A stretch of DNA of 64,000 bases from the NCBI RefSeq assembly GCF_003790525.1, contig NZ_CP033635.1; one strand, given 5' to 3'. The notes under the pieces are model-generated. The model had not been told where the DNA came from. It did no database searches and was given only the letters and a program-made list of their open reading frames with translations. The translations under genes and the position numbers were made by a program. The stretch's first letter is position 1. Each line of letters opens with the position of its first letter. The stretch is from Escherichia coli. Lineage in GTDB: Bacteria > Pseudomonadota > Gammaproteobacteria > Enterobacterales > Enterobacteriaceae. Of this stretch, positions 25,591-39,589 are shown one piece after another.

Positions 25591-25609
25591 AACACCTGAT
25601 CATGATTTA

Positions 25610-25634
25610 GCCCCGTCTCGTCGGGGCTTTTTTA
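25610..25634 (+). terminator. intrinsic terminator after yfbT
   Basis: GCCCCG-tctcgt-CGGGGC hairpin followed by TTTTTTAT. Confidence 0.65.
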
Positions 25635-25676
25635 TGGCAGAATCAAGTCATCCCCCTCAATTAACAAGGATAAGTT

Positions 25677-27509
25677 GTGAACGGTGAATTGATTTGGGTT
25701 CTTTCATTACTGGCCGTTGCCATCGTCTTGTTTGCGACGGGCAGAGTGCGTATGGATGCGGTCGCTTTGTTTGTTATTGTCGCGTTTGCATTAAGCGGAA
25801 CGCTGACGGTCCCCGAAGTATTTTCCGGCTTTTCCGATCCTAACGTTGTCCTGATTGCCGCCTTGTTCATTATTGGCGATGGTTTGGTCCGTACCGGTGT
25901 TGCCACTGTAATGGGGACATGGCTGGTCAAAGTGGCGGGCAACAGTGAAATCAAAATGTTGGTTTTGTTGATGCTGACCGTCGCGGGGCTTGGCGCGTTT
26001 ATGAGTTCAACCGGCGTTGTCGCTATCTTTATTCCCGTGGTGTTAAGCGTTGCCATGCGTATGCAAACTTCGCCGTCGCGCCTGATGATGCCGTTGAGTT
26101 TTGCCGGGCTGATTAGCGGCATGATGACGCTGGTGGCGACGCCGCCGAACCTGGTAGTCAACAGTGAATTGCTGCGTGAAGGCTATCACGGCTTCAGTTT
26201 CTTTAGCGTAACACCTATTGGCCTGGTCGTGCTGGTGCTGGGTATTTTGTATATGTTAGTGATGCGTTTCATGCTGAAAGGGGATACCCAGACCCCGCAG
26301 CGCGAAGGCTGGACGCGTCGAACCTTTCGCGATCTTATCCGTGAATATCGACTGACCGGGCGTGCGCGTCGTCTGGCTATTCGCCCCGGTTCGCCAATGA
26401 TTGGTCAACGGCTGGACGATCTCAAATTACGTGAGCGTTATGGCGCTAACGTCATCGGTGTTGAACGCTGGCGGCGTTTTCGTCGCGTTATCGTGAACGT
26501 TAATGGGGTTTCTGAATTTCGCGCGCGTGACGTTTTGCTTATTGATATGTCTGCGGCTGATGTCGATCTCCGGCAATTTTGTAGTGAGCAATTGCTGGAG
26601 CCGATGGTACTGCGCGGCGAGTATTTTTCTGACCAGGCCCTTGATGTGGGCATGGCAGAGATTTCATTAATTCCTGAGTCTGAACTTATTGGTAAATCGG
26701 TGCGCGAAATTGGTTTTCGTACCCGCTACGGACTGAATGTGGTGGGGCTAAAGCGCAATGGCGAGGCGATGGAAGGTTCGCTGGCGGATGAGCCTCTGCT
26801 GCTGGGCGATATCATCCTGGTTGTGGGTAACTGGAAACTGATCGGTATGCTGGCAAAACAGGGGCGTGACTTTGTGGCGCTGAACTTACCAGAAGAAGTG
26901 AGTGAAGCATCGCCAGCACACAGTCAGGCACCTCATGCCATTTTTTGCCTGGTGTTGATGGTGGCGTTAATGCTGACCGATGAAATTCCTAATCCTGTTG
27001 CCGCTATCATCGCCTGCCTGCTGATGGGGAAATTCCGCTGTATAGATGCTGAAAGCGCCTATAAATCCATTCACTGGCCGAGCATTATTTTGATCGTTGG
27101 GATGATGCCATTTGCTGTGGCATTACAGAAAACGGGAGGTGTCGCGCTGGCGGTGAAAGGGCTGATGGACATTGGCGGCGGTTATGGGCCACATATGATG
27201 CTGGGGTGTTTGTTTGTCTTGTCGGCGGTTATTGGGCTATTTATTTCTAATACCGCGACGGCGGTGTTGATGGCTCCGATTGCGCTGGCTGCTGCCAAAA
27301 CGATGGGTGTGTCGCCTTATCCATTTGCGATGGTCGTGGCGATGGCAGCATCCGCCGCCTTTATGACACCGGTTTCTTCACCGGTTAACACACTGGTTTT
27401 AGGCCCGGGAAATTACAGCTTCAGTGACTTTGTGAAGTTGGGGGTACCGTTCACCATTATCGTGATGGCGGTTTGTGTGGTGATGATCCCGATGCTGTTT
27501 CCGTTTTGA
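25677..27509 (+). CDS. yfbS: putative transporter YfbS (two transmembrane blocks flanking TrkA-C-like domains)
   Basis: 610-aa ORF, GTG start preceded by AAGGA; hydrophobic N- and C-terminal halves with a soluble central region. Confidence 0.85.
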   Translation: MNGELIWVLSLLAVAIVLFATGRVRMDAVALFVIVAFALSGTLTVPEVFSGFSDPNVVLIAALFIIGDGLVRTGVATVMGTWLVKVAGNSEIKMLVLLMLTVAGLGAFMSSTGVVAIFIPVVLSVAMRMQTSPSRLMMPLSFAGLISGMMTLVATPPNLVVNSELLREGYHGFSFFSVTPIGLVVLVLGILYMLVMRFMLKGDTQTPQREGWTRRTFRDLIREYRLTGRARRLAIRPGSPMIGQRLDDLKLRERYGANVIGVERWRRFRRVIVNVNGVSEFRARDVLLIDMSAADVDLRQFCSEQLLEPMVLRGEYFSDQALDVGMAEISLIPESELIGKSVREIGFRTRYGLNVVGLKRNGEAMEGSLADEPLLLGDIILVVGNWKLIGMLAKQGRDFVALNLPEEVSEASPAHSQAPHAIFCLVLMVALMLTDEIPNPVAAIIACLLMGKFRCIDAESAYKSIHWPSIILIVGMMPFAVALQKTGGVALAVKGLMDIGGGYGPHMMLGCLFVLSAVIGLFISNTATAVLMAPIALAAAKTMGVSPYPFAMVVAMAASAAFMTPVSSPVNTLVLGPGNYSFSDFVKLGVPFTIIVMAVCVVMIPMLFPF

Positions 27510-27516
27510 CAAGAGG

Positions 27517-27558
27517 CTGATGTCGCATCCGGCGCTTATTGCCCGATGCGACGCAGAC
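27517..27558. repeat. REP-like palindromic element between convergent yfbS and yfbR
   Basis: GTCGCATCCGGCGCTTATTGCCCGATGCGAC with REP-type GCATCCGGC / GATGCGAC arms. Confidence 0.6.
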
Positions 27559-27567
27559 TCCGGCTGC

Positions 27568-28167
27568 TTACAGCGGTGAATCCTGGCTAATCTCATCGAG
27601 CGAAAGATGGAAGCTGGGAACAAAGACTTCCATGAAGTAGTCCATCTCCTGGCTGCGGCGCGCTTCAAGCGTCGCTTCCAGTCGCGTTTTTGCCAGCAAG
27701 AATTCATTATTTCCCGCCGCGAGTTCTTCCAGACATTTCAGATATGCACAGAGTGCATCTGCCTGTTTCACCAGCGATTTTTCTTCATCGCTATATGCAT
27801 GCTCGTCAATTAACGGCGCAAAGATATCCCGCAGCTCTTCCGGAACCATATCGACCAGTTTTTGCTGAGCGATTTTTTCAATCGCCTTGTACTCCTGAGC
27901 GATTTGCGAATTGAAGTATTTCACCGGGGTAGGGAGATCGCCGGTAAGCACTTCTGAGGCATCGTGGTACATCGCCAGTAAAGCGATACGTTCGGCGTTG
28001 ACATTACCGCCAAATTTCCGATTTTTGATAGCAGCCAGCGCATGGGCGACCATCGCTACCTGCAAACTGTGTTCGGACACATTTTCCGTCCGCACGTTGC
28101 GCATTAGCGGCCAGCGGTTAATGAGTTTCAGGCGGGAGAGATGGGCAAAAAAATGGCTCTGTTTCAT
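27568..28167 (-). CDS. yfbR: HD-domain 5'-deoxynucleotidase YfbR
   Basis: 199-aa ORF recognised as YfbR; HD motif region ...[11 protein letters not shown]... Confidence 0.85.
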
Positions 28168-28250
28168 AGTGACCTTACGTATGATGACATCATCAGGTCA
28201 TTGTGGCGGGATAACACTGCCGGATGCAATCTCCGGCAGTGAAATTAAGA

Positions 28251-29468
28251 TTACAGCTGATGATAACCAGAAAGGAAACGCGCGAACTTACTCAAAGACA
28301 GCTCGATATCATCGACACGCGGTAGCGTGACAATGCGGAAGTGATCCGGCCACGGCCAGTTGAATGCCGTCCCTTGCACCAACAGAACTTTTTCCTGCAA
28401 CAGGAAATCCAGCACCATTTTCTGATCGTCGTGAATATTAAAGCGTTTGGCGTCGATTTTCGGGAACATGTACAGCGCACCACGAGGTTTCACGCAGGAA
28501 ACGCCCGGAATATCATTGATCAATTCCCATGCGCGGTTACGCTGCTCATAAAGACGACCGCCAGGGGTAATAAATTCACTGATGCTCTGATAACCGCCCA
28601 GCGCGGTCTGAATGGCGTGTTGCGCAGGAACGTTAGCACACAGGCGCATTGAAGCCAGCATTTCCAGACCTTCGATGTAACCTTTGGCGTGTTTTTTCGG
28701 CCCGTTCAACACCATCCACCCCTGACGGAAGCCAGCAACGCGGTACGTTTTCGACAGTCCGTTAAAGGTAATGGTCAGCAGATCAGGTGCCAGCGGCGCA
28801 ATTGAGTGATGCTCAGCGTCGTCGTAGAGAATTTTGTCATAAATTTCATCGGCGAAGATAATGAGATTATGCTGACGTGCAATCTCCACTATCTCCATTA
28901 AAAGCTCTTTGGAATATACCGCGCCGGTTGGGTTATTTGGGTTGATAATAACGATCCCACGCGTACGAGGCGTAATTTTAGCGCGAATATCATCAAGGTC
29001 CGGGAACCAGTCAGAGGATTCATCGCAAAGATAATGCACCGCTTTACCGCTGGAGAGCGAAACCGCCGCGGTCCATAGTGGGTAATCAGGTGCAGGAACC
29101 AACATTTCGTCCCCGCTGTTCAGCAATGCCTGCATTGCCTGAACGATAAGCTCCGATACACCATTGCCGATGTAAATATCTTCCACGGTAACATCACGCA
29201 TGCCACGAGCCTGGTAGTGCTGCATGATGGCTTTACGTGCGGAGTAAAGCCCTTTGGAATCGCAATACCCTTGAGCGGTAGGCAGGTTGCGAATCACGTC
29301 AACGAGGATTTCATCTGGCGCGTCAAAACCGAACGGGGCAGGATTGCCGATGTTCAGTTTCAGTACCTTGTTACCTTCTTCTTCCAGGCGTTTTGCTTCT
29401 TTCAGCACCGGACCACGGATGTCGTAACAGACATTCTCTAATTTGCTGGATTTTTCAATGGGGGACAT
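28251..29468 (-). CDS. alaA: glutamate-pyruvate aminotransferase (alanine transaminase)
   Basis: 405-aa class I/II aminotransferase recognised as AlaA (YfbQ). Confidence 0.9.
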   Translation of the reverse strand: MSPIEKSSKLENVCYDIRGPVLKEAKRLEEEGNKVLKLNIGNPAPFGFDAPDEILVDVIRNLPTAQGYCDSKGLYSARKAIMQHYQARGMRDVTVEDIYIGNGVSELIVQAMQALLNSGDEMLVPAPDYPLWTAAVSLSSGKAVHYLCDESSDWFPDLDDIRAKITPRTRGIVIINPNNPTGAVYSKELLMEIVEIARQHNLIIFADEIYDKILYDDAEHHSIAPLAPDLLTITFNGLSKTYRVAGFRQGWMVLNGPKKHAKGYIEGLEMLASMRLCANVPAQHAIQTALGGYQSISEFITPGGRLYEQRNRAWELINDIPGVSCVKPRGALYMFPKIDAKRFNIHDDQKMVLDFLLQEKVLLVQGTAFNWPWPDHFRIVTLPRVDDIELSLSKFARFLSGYHQL

Positions 29469-30384
29469 GAATCTTGACCTTTTTTGCTGTTATCGCCACT
29501 CCCTGCCGTGGAAGTCAGCTTAGAACAATGTACTCCCCCAGGACGGCGTTTTGAAGGTCTGCAGAATAAGATTTTGCCAGAGTGGAAGGCTTGATTGTGC
29601 TGTTAATAACTTAATAATGGCAAAATAATGAGGTGTATATGCTTAATAATTAATGTTATGTAGTGAATTGTTCTGATTCTTAATTGTGAGTGTGGTTTTT
29701 TTATCTGTAAGATAATTGTTTGAAAATGCCTCGTTTAAGAATTCACTAATGAATCGTGATGATGATATTTCCGCATTACGGAGAGTTTAACAGCGTGATG
29801 ATTTCCGAGGTGTCGTAATGGGTGCAAGGTGTGAAACTATTGTTAAGCGGGATTAATGAATGAGGATGATGCTAATTAATTATTATTTAATATTCAAAAA
29901 GGTTTTGTTGTGCTTATTAATAATAGAAGATTACTTTGCCTAACATAACATAACTTTGCATCAGATAATTCGCAATGACCCTTATAAATAAAAGGTTTTT
30001 GGGGTAAAATGCTCGCATAAATGACGGATCCCTGCTCTTGATGCCGCCTCACCATTGCTGTTTGTACGTGTTCGCGTATGACCAGCGATGCTGCACGAGA
30101 GTGGAACAAGGACTCACATTTACATTTATACAAACACGCGCATGTCATAAATACAAAAGAGTGAGTAACTTAATAGATATGCGATTCCTGAAGATATATT
30201 CTGTGATCTACTTCAGGCATTATAACGGAACAATGTGAGTCGCTTTTTTAGTGCAACTCATATGCATTTTTACTTTCGTCCGGGTTCCGGATGAAACTGC
30301 CAGGGAGGCACATTACAAATGGAATTGCTTGTTTGTGTGTGCACAGCATTAACCAGCTCAGTATGAGCCGCCAGTAAGTGATAA

Positions 30385-31326
<942 letters not shown>

Positions 31327-31370
31327 TCGACGGACCATAGATAATTTCTGAGACAATAGTGTAAAAACGA

Positions 31371-31408
31371 GCCGCTGGGGGTGTTTTAAACCCCAGCGGC
31401 TTTTTTTT
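31371..31408 (+). terminator. intrinsic terminator after lrhA
   Basis: GCCGCTGGGG-gtgttttaaa-CCCCAGCGGC hairpin followed by T8. Confidence 0.8.
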
Positions 31409-31955
31409 AGTAAAAAGCCTTCCTCGTATCGTGCAGAACGTACAAAACTGTTCGTTTTTCAATCACCAGAGATTCACGTCCCGAACGCACAAATAATCGC
31501 CTGAAAAAAATCACCTGCTACAATGATGTTAAAAAATACGTAAATTTGTTGCTGCGTTTTTGTTATGGAATGACAAAAGCGTGTCACAGATCAAGAAAAT
31601 ACTCTCTTTTGGGGGGAGGAATCGACACAAATTCCTGTCAAAATAGACCCGTATTTTTTCCATTGCTTCACAACGGACACGATTCAACAACATCTAATTA
31701 TCCTGGAGTCGTCAAGGATCTGGGGTGAAAGGGCATTAAATGCTAATGGTGTTGATATTATGTAAACTAATGTGAAGAAACTTTTGTTAAAGTTGACAAA
31801 AGGTTATAGAAAGGAGTAAAAGACCACATCAATTAGCTGTATAAAAGAATTTCTACAGTGATTGTAAGGTTTTTTTTATTCCTCCCCATGAATCGATGTG
31901 GCGTCCATCTGCCGTGAAGAGCAGTGAATCTGGCGCTACTTTTGATGAGTAAGCA

Positions 31956-32399
31956 ATGAGTATGTCAACATCCACTGAAGTCATCGCTCATCACTGGGCA
32001 TTCGCTATCTTTCTTATCGTTGCCATTGGCCTGTGTTGCCTGATGCTGGTAGGCGGTTGGTTTTTAGGCGGTCGCGCACGCGCAAGGTCGAAAAACGTTC
32101 CGTTTGAATCCGGTATCGACTCGGTCGGCTCCGCCCGCTTACGCCTGTCCGCCAAGTTTTATCTGGTGGCCATGTTCTTCGTTATCTTCGACGTTGAAGC
32201 GCTGTATCTGTTCGCATGGTCAACCTCTATCCGCGAAAGCGGCTGGGTAGGCTTTGTGGAAGCTGCAATTTTTATTTTTGTGTTACTGGCAGGTCTGGTT
32301 TATCTGGTGCGTATTGGCGCGCTGGACTGGACGCCCGCGCGTTCACGCCGCGAGCGTATGAACCCGGAAACGAACAGTATCGCTAATCGTCAACGCTAA
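31956..32399 (+). CDS. nuoA: NADH-quinone oxidoreductase subunit A
   Basis: 147-aa membrane ORF; first gene of the nuo cluster. Confidence 0.95.
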
Positions 32400-32414
32400 C
32401 CGCGAGGCATTAAG

Positions 32415-33077
32415 ATGGATTATACGCTCACCCGCATAGATCCCAACGGTGAGAACGACCGTTACCCCCTGCAAAAGCAGGAGATCGTAACCGACCCTCT
32501 GGAGCAAGAAGTTAACAAAAACGTGTTTATGGGCAAGCTCAATGACATGGTTAACTGGGGTCGTAAAAACTCAATTTGGCCGTATAACTTCGGTCTTTCC
32601 TGCTGTTACGTTGAGATGGTGACTTCGTTTACCGCGGTGCATGACGTGGCGCGTTTTGGCGCAGAAGTATTGCGTGCTTCGCCGCGTCAGGCTGACCTGA
32701 TGGTGGTGGCAGGAACCTGCTTTACCAAAATGGCACCGGTTATTCAGCGTCTGTATGACCAGATGCTGGAACCCAAATGGGTTATCTCAATGGGTGCCTG
32801 TGCCAACTCTGGCGGTATGTACGATATTTATTCCGTTGTGCAGGGCGTTGATAAATTCATCCCGGTTGATGTGTATATCCCGGGCTGCCCGCCGCGTCCT
32901 GAAGCGTACATGCAGGCACTGATGCTGTTGCAGGAATCTATCGGCAAAGAACGTCGTCCGCTCTCCTGGGTGGTTGGCGATCAGGGCGTTTATCGCGCCA
33001 ATATGCAATCAGAGCGCGAACGCAAGCGCGGTGAACGCATTGCCGTAACCAACCTGCGTACACCTGACGAGATTTAA
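32415..33077 (+). CDS. nuoB: NADH-quinone oxidoreductase subunit B
   Basis: 220-aa ORF with Fe-S binding cysteines (CCYVEM...GCPP). Confidence 0.95.
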
Positions 33078-33182
33078 TTTGCGCCTGTCGGCAAAGGGAT
33101 TTTTCTTCGCTTATTCCTAAATCTATTTCGCGAAGCTTACTGCGCCGACAGTCACCACGGACCATTTGCAATGGTGAACAAT

Positions 33183-34973
33183 ATGACCGACTTAACCGCG
33201 CAAGAACCCGCCTGGCAGACCCGCGATCATCTTGATGATCCGGTGATTGGCGAACTGCGCAACCGTTTTGGGCCGGATGCCTTTACTGTTCAGGCGACTC
33301 GCACCGGGGTTCCCGTTGTGTGGATCAAGCGTGAACAATTACTGGAAGTTGGCGATTTCTTAAAGAAACTGCCGAAACCTTACGTCATGCTGTTTGACTT
33401 ACACGGCATGGACGAACGTCTGCGCACACACCGCGAAGGGTTACCTGCCGCGGATTTTTCCGTTTTCTACCATCTGATTTCTATCGATCGTAACCGCGAC
33501 ATCATGCTGAAGGTGGCGCTGGCAGAAAACGACCTGCACGTACCGACCTTCACCAAACTGTTCCCGAACGCTAACTGGTATGAGCGTGAGACCTGGGATC
33601 TGTTTGGCATTACTTTCGACGGTCATCCTAATTTGCGCCGCATCATGATGCCGCAAACCTGGAAAGGTCATCCGCTGCGTAAAGATTACCCGGCACGCGC
33701 TACCGAATTCTCGCCGTTTGAGCTGACCAAAGCCAAACAGGATCTGGAAATGGAAGCCCTGACCTTCAAACCGGAAGAGTGGGGGATGAAGCGCGGCACC
33801 GAAAACGAGGACTTCATGTTCCTCAACCTCGGTCCGAACCACCCGTCTGCGCACGGTGCTTTCCGTATCGTTTTGCAGCTCGATGGCGAAGAGATTGTCG
33901 ACTGCGTACCAGACATCGGCTACCACCACCGTGGTGCGGAGAAAATGGGCGAACGCCAGTCCTGGCATAGCTACATTCCGTATACCGACCGTATCGAATA
34001 CCTCGGCGGCTGCGTTAACGAAATGCCTTACGTGCTGGCGGTAGAGAAACTGGCCGGGATCACCGTGCCGGATCGCGTTAACGTCATTCGCGTAATGCTT
34101 TCTGAGCTGTTCCGCATCAACAGCCATCTGCTGTATATCTCCACCTTTATTCAGGACGTCGGCGCGATGACGCCAGTGTTCTTCGCCTTTACCGATCGTC
34201 AGAAAATTTACGATCTGGTGGAAGCAATCACGGGTTTTCGTATGCACCCGGCGTGGTTCCGTATTGGCGGCGTAGCGCACGACCTGCCGCGCGGCTGGGA
34301 TCGCCTGCTGCGTGAGTTCCTCGACTGGATGCCGAAACGTCTGGCGTCTTACGAGAAAGCGGCGCTGCAAAATACCATTCTGAAAGGTCGTTCCCAGGGC
34401 GTTGCCGCCTATGGCGCGAAAGAGGCACTGGAGTGGGGCACCACTGGCGCGGGCCTGCGTGCTACCGGGATCGACTTCGACGTGCGTAAGGCGCGTCCGT
34501 ATTCTGGCTATGAAAACTTCGACTTTGAAATCCCGGTGGGTGGTGGTGTTTCTGACTGCTACACCCGCGTAATGCTGAAAGTGGAAGAGCTGCGCCAGAG
34601 TCTGCGCATTCTTGAGCAGTGCCTCAACAACATGCCGGAAGGCCCGTTCAAAGCGGATCACCCGCTGACCACGCCGCCGCCGAAAGAGCGCACGTTGCAA
34701 CATATCGAAACCCTGATCACCCACTTCCTGCAAGTGTCGTGGGGTCCGGTGATGCCAGCCAATGAATCTTTCCAGATGATTGAGGCGACCAAGGGGATCA
34801 ACAGTTACTACCTGACCAGCGACGGTAGCACCATGAGTTATCGCACCCGTATCCGTACGCCGAGTTATGCGCATTTGCAGCAAATTCCGGCGGCGATCCG
34901 CGGCAGCCTGGTGTCTGACCTGATTGTTTATCTGGGCAGTATCGATTTTGTTATGTCAGATGTGGACCGCTAA
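33183..34973 (+). CDS. nuoC: NADH-quinone oxidoreductase fused subunit C/D
   Basis: Single ORF spanning both NuoC-like and NuoD-like regions; start set at MTDLTAQ (596 aa); an upstream in-frame ATG at 33171 is possible. Confidence 0.9.
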
Positions 34974-34975
34974 TT

Positions 34976-35476
34976 ATGCACGAGAATCAACAACCACAAA
35001 CCGAGGCTTTTGAGCTGAGTGCGGCAGAGCGTGAAGCGATTGAGCACGAGATGCACCACTACGAAGACCCGCGTGCGGCGTCCATTGAAGCGCTGAAAAT
35101 CGTTCAGAAGCAGCGTGGCTGGGTGCCGGATGGCGCGATCCACGCGATCGCCGATGTGCTGGGTATTCCGGCGAGCGACGTCGAAGGTGTGGCAACGTTT
35201 TATAGCCAGATCTTCCGCCAGCCGGTTGGCCGCCATGTGATCCGTTATTGCGACAGCGTGGTCTGTCATATCAACGGTTACCAGGGCATCCAGGCGGCGC
35301 TCGAGAAAAAGCTGAACATCAAACCAGGACAAACGACATTTGACGGTCGCTTTACGCTGCTGCCAACTTGCTGCCTGGGGAACTGTGATAAAGGGCCAAA
35401 CATGATGATCGATGAGGATACTCACGCACATCTGACCCCGGAAGCGATCCCTGAACTGCTGGAGCGGTATAAATGA
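34976..35476 (+). CDS. nuoE: NADH-quinone oxidoreductase subunit E
   Basis: 166-aa ORF with 2Fe-2S cysteines. Confidence 0.95.
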
Positions 35477-36810
35477 AAAACATTATCCGTACTCCCGAAA
35501 CGCATCCGCTGACCTGGCGTCTGCGCGATGACAAACAGCCAGTGTGGCTGGACGAATACCGCAGCAAAAACGGTTACGAAGGGGCACGTAAAGCGCTGAC
35601 CGGGCTGTCGCCTGACGAGATCGTCAACCAGGTGAAAGATGCTGGCCTGAAAGGGCGCGGCGGCGCAGGCTTCTCGACGGGCCTGAAGTGGAGCCTGATG
35701 CCGAAAGACGAATCCATGAACATCCGTTACCTGCTGTGTAACGCTGATGAAATGGAGCCGGGCACCTATAAAGACCGCCTGCTGATGGAGCAACTGCCGC
35801 ACCTGCTGGTGGAAGGTATGCTTATCTCCGCGTTTGCGCTGAAAGCTTACCGTGGCTACATCTTCCTGCGCGGCGAATATATTGAAGCGGCAGTGAATCT
35901 GCGCCGTGCCATTGCCGAAGCCACCGAAGCGGGTCTGCTTGGCAAAAACATTATGGGAACAGGTTTCGACTTCGAATTGTTCGTCCATACCGGGGCAGGG
36001 CGCTACATCTGCGGTGAAGAAACAGCGTTAATCAACTCCCTGGAAGGGCGTCGCGCTAACCCACGCTCGAAGCCTCCATTCCCGGCAACCTCCGGTGCAT
36101 GGGGCAAACCGACCTGTGTCAATAACGTCGAAACCCTGTGTAACGTTCCGGCGATCCTTGCTAACGGCGTGGAGTGGTATCAGAACATCTCGAAAAGTAA
36201 AGATGCTGGCACCAAGCTGATGGGCTTCTCCGGTCGGGTGAAAAATCCGGGTCTGTGGGAACTGCCGTTTGGCACCACCGCACGCGAGATCCTCGAAGAT
36301 TACGCCGGTGGTATGCGTGACGGTCTGAAATTCAAAGCCTGGCAGCCAGGCGGCGCGGGCACCGACTTCCTGACCGAAGCGCACCTTGACCTGCCGATGG
36401 AATTCGAAAGTATCGGTAAAGCGGGAAGCCGTCTGGGTACGGCGCTGGCGATGGCTGTTGACCACGAGATCAACATGGTGTCGCTGGTGCGTAACCTGGA
36501 AGAGTTTTTCGCCCGTGAGTCCTGCGGCTGGTGTACGCCGTGCCGCGACGGTCTGCCGTGGAGCGTGAAAATTCTGCGCGCGCTGGAGCGTGGCGAAGGT
36601 CAGCCGGGCGATATCGAAACACTTGAGCAACTGTGTCGATTCTTAGGTCCGGGTAAAACTTTCTGTGCCCACGCACCTGGTGCAGTGGAGCCGTTACAGA
36701 GCGCCATCAAATATTTCCGCGAAGAATTTGAAGCGGGAATTAAACAGCCGTTCAGCAATACCCATTTGATTAATGGGATTCAGCCGAACCTGCTGAAAGA
36801 GCGCTGGTAA
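35473..36810 (+). CDS. nuoF: NADH-quinone oxidoreductase subunit F
   Basis: 445-aa ORF with NADH/FMN-binding glycine-rich motif and 4Fe-4S cysteines; start overlaps nuoE stop. Confidence 0.95.
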   Translation: MKNIIRTPETHPLTWRLRDDKQPVWLDEYRSKNGYEGARKALTGLSPDEIVNQVKDAGLKGRGGAGFSTGLKWSLMPKDESMNIRYLLCNADEMEPGTYKDRLLMEQLPHLLVEGMLISAFALKAYRGYIFLRGEYIEAAVNLRRAIAEATEAGLLGKNIMGTGFDFELFVHTGAGRYICGEETALINSLEGRRANPRSKPPFPATSGAWGKPTCVNNVETLCNVPAILANGVEWYQNISKSKDAGTKLMGFSGRVKNPGLWELPFGTTAREILEDYAGGMRDGLKFKAWQPGGAGTDFLTEAHLDLPMEFESIGKAGSRLGTALAMAVDHEINMVSLVRNLEEFFARESCGWCTPCRDGLPWSVKILRALERGEGQPGDIETLEQLCRFLGPGKTFCAHAPGAVEPLQSAIKYFREEFEAGIKQPFSNTHLINGIQPNLLKERW

Positions 36811-36862
36811 CCGAATTTCGATTAACGCTCAGTCTCTGACTGAGAAAACTGGAAGCATGCTA

Positions 36863-39589
36863 ATGGCTACAATTCATGTAGACGGCAAAGAATACGAGGT
36901 TAACGGAGCGGACAACCTGCTGGAAGCTTGTCTGTCTCTGGGCCTTGATATTCCTTACTTTTGCTGGCATCCGGCGCTGGGAAGCGTCGGTGCTTGCCGC
37001 CAGTGTGCGGTGAAGCAATACCAAAACGCGGAAGACACGCGTGGTCGCCTGGTGATGTCCTGTATGACACCGGCTTCCGATGGCACCTTTATTTCCATTG
37101 ACGACGAAGAAGCGAAACAGTTCCGTGAAAGTGTGGTCGAGTGGTTAATGACCAACCACCCGCACGATTGTCCGGTATGTGAAGAAGGCGGTAACTGTCA
37201 TCTTCAGGATATGACCGTGATGACCGGACACAGCTTCCGTCGCTACCGTTTCACCAAACGTACCCACCGTAATCAGGATTTGGGGCCGTTCATCTCTCAC
37301 GAAATGAACCGCTGCATCGCCTGCTACCGCTGCGTGCGTTACTACAAAGATTACGCTGACGGCACGGACCTGGGCGTTTACGGTGCGCACGACAACGTCT
37401 ACTTCGGTCGCCCGGAAGACGGCACGCTGGAAAGCGAATTTTCCGGTAACCTGGTCGAAATTTGCCCGACCGGCGTATTCACCGACAAAACGCACTCCGA
37501 GCGTTACAACCGTAAATGGGATATGCAGTTTGCGCCGAGCATCTGCCAGCAATGTTCCATCGGCTGTAACATCAGCCCCGGCGAGCGTTATGGCGAACTG
37601 CGTCGAATCGAAAACCGTTACAACGGTACAGTAAACCACTACTTCCTCTGCGACCGTGGTCGTTTCGGTTACGGTTACGTGAACCTGAAAGATCGTCCGC
37701 GTCAGCCAGTACAGCGTCGTGGCGATGATTTCATTACCCTCAACGCCGAACAGGCAATGCAGGGCGCAGCAGATATTCTGCGTCAGTCGAAGAAAGTGAT
37801 CGGTATTGGTTCTCCGCGTGCCAGCGTGGAAAGCAACTTTGCGCTGCGTGAGCTGGTGGGCGAAGAAAACTTCTACACCGGTATCGCTCACGGTGAGCAG
37901 GAACGTCTGCAACTGGCGCTGAAAGTGCTGCGTGAAGGCGGCATTTATACGCCGGCACTGCGCGAAATCGAATCTTACGATGCGGTACTGGTGCTGGGCG
38001 AAGACGTTACCCAGACCGGCGCGCGCGTCGCGCTGGCAGTTCGTCAGGCGGTAAAAGGTAAAGCGCGCGAAATGGCGGCAGCACAGAAAGTGGCTGACTG
38101 GCAGATTGCGGCAATCCTCAACATCGGTCAACGTGCTAAGCATCCGCTGTTTGTTACCAACGTTGATGACACCCGTCTGGATGATATCGCGGCGTGGACT
38201 TACCGCGCACCGGTTGAAGATCAGGCGCGTTTAGGTTTTGCCATCGCCCATGCGCTGGATAACTCCGCGCCAGCGGTTGACGGTATCGAACCTGAGCTGC
38301 AAAGCAAAATCGACGTCATCGTGCAGGCACTGGCTGGTGCGAAGAAACCGTTGATTATCTCCGGGACGAACGCTGGTAGCGCTGAAGTGATTCAGGCGGC
38401 GGCTAACGTGGCGAAAGCCCTGAAAGGTCGCGGCGCTGACGTTGGTATCACCATGATTGCCCGTTCCGTCAACAGCATGGGGCTGGGCATTATGGGTGGC
38501 GGTTCGCTTGAAGAAGCGTTAACCGAACTGGAAACCGGACGCGCCGACGCGGTGGTGGTGTTGGAAAACGATCTGCATCGTCACGCTTCTGCTACCCGCG
38601 TGAATGCTGCGCTGGCTAAAGCGCCGCTGGTGATGGTGGTTGACCATCAACGCACAGCGATTATGGAAAACGCCCATCTGGTACTTTCTGCTGCCAGCTT
38701 TGCTGAAAGCGACGGTACGGTGATTAACAACGAAGGCCGTGCCCAACGTTTCTTCCAGGTTTACGATCCGGCTTATTACGACAGCAAAACTGTCATGCTG
38801 GAAAGCTGGCGCTGGCTGCACTCGCTGCATAGCACCCTGCTGAGCCGTGAAGTGGACTGGACGCAGCTCGACCATGTGATTGACGCTGTTGTGGCGAAAA
38901 TCCCGGAACTGGCGGGTATCAAAGATGCTGCGCCGGATGCGACATTCCGTATTCGTGGGCAGAAACTGGCCCGTGAGCCGCACCGTTACAGCGGTCGTAC
39001 CGCCATGCGCGCCAATATCAGCGTTCATGAGCCGCGTCAGCCGCAGGATATTGACACCATGTTCACCTTCTCGATGGAAGGTAACAACCAGCCGACCGCG
39101 CACCGTTCGCAAGTGCCGTTTGCCTGGGCACCGGGCTGGAACTCCCCGCAGGCGTGGAACAAATTCCAGGACGAAGTGGGCGGCAAACTGCGCTTTGGCG
39201 ATCCGGGCGTGCGTCTGTTTGAAACCAGCGAAAATGGTCTGGATTACTTCACCAGCGTACCGGCACGCTTCCAGCCGCAGGACGGGAAATGGCGTATCGC
39301 GCCGTATTACCACCTGTTTGGCAGCGATGAATTGTCACAGCGTGCTCCGGTCTTCCAGAGCCGTATGCCGCAGCCGTACATCAAACTCAACCCAGCGGAT
39401 GCCGCGAAGTTGGGTGTGAACGCAGGTACACGCGTCTCCTTTAGTTACGATGGCAACACGGTCACGCTGCCGGTTGAAATCGCCGAAGGACTGACGGCAG
39501 GGCAGGTGGGCTTGCCGATGGGCATGTCCGGTATTGCTCCGGTGCTGGCTGGCGCGCATCTTGAGGATCTCAAGGAGGCACAACAATGA
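36863..39589 (+). CDS. nuoG: NADH-quinone oxidoreductase subunit G
   Basis: 908-aa product from MATIHVDG; N-terminal Fe-S cysteine clusters. Confidence 0.95.

Noticed and set aside
33441-34883. 480-aa minus-strand ORF inside nuoC/D, with similar antisense ORFs at 41997-43442 (nuoL), 37145-38143 (nuoG), 22351-23391 (ackA) and 57541-58704 (menB)
   Set aside because: All lie fully antisense to well-recognised genes, lack plausible starts or RBS, and encode Arg/His-rich low-complexity sequence. Treated as non-coding shadow ORFs.
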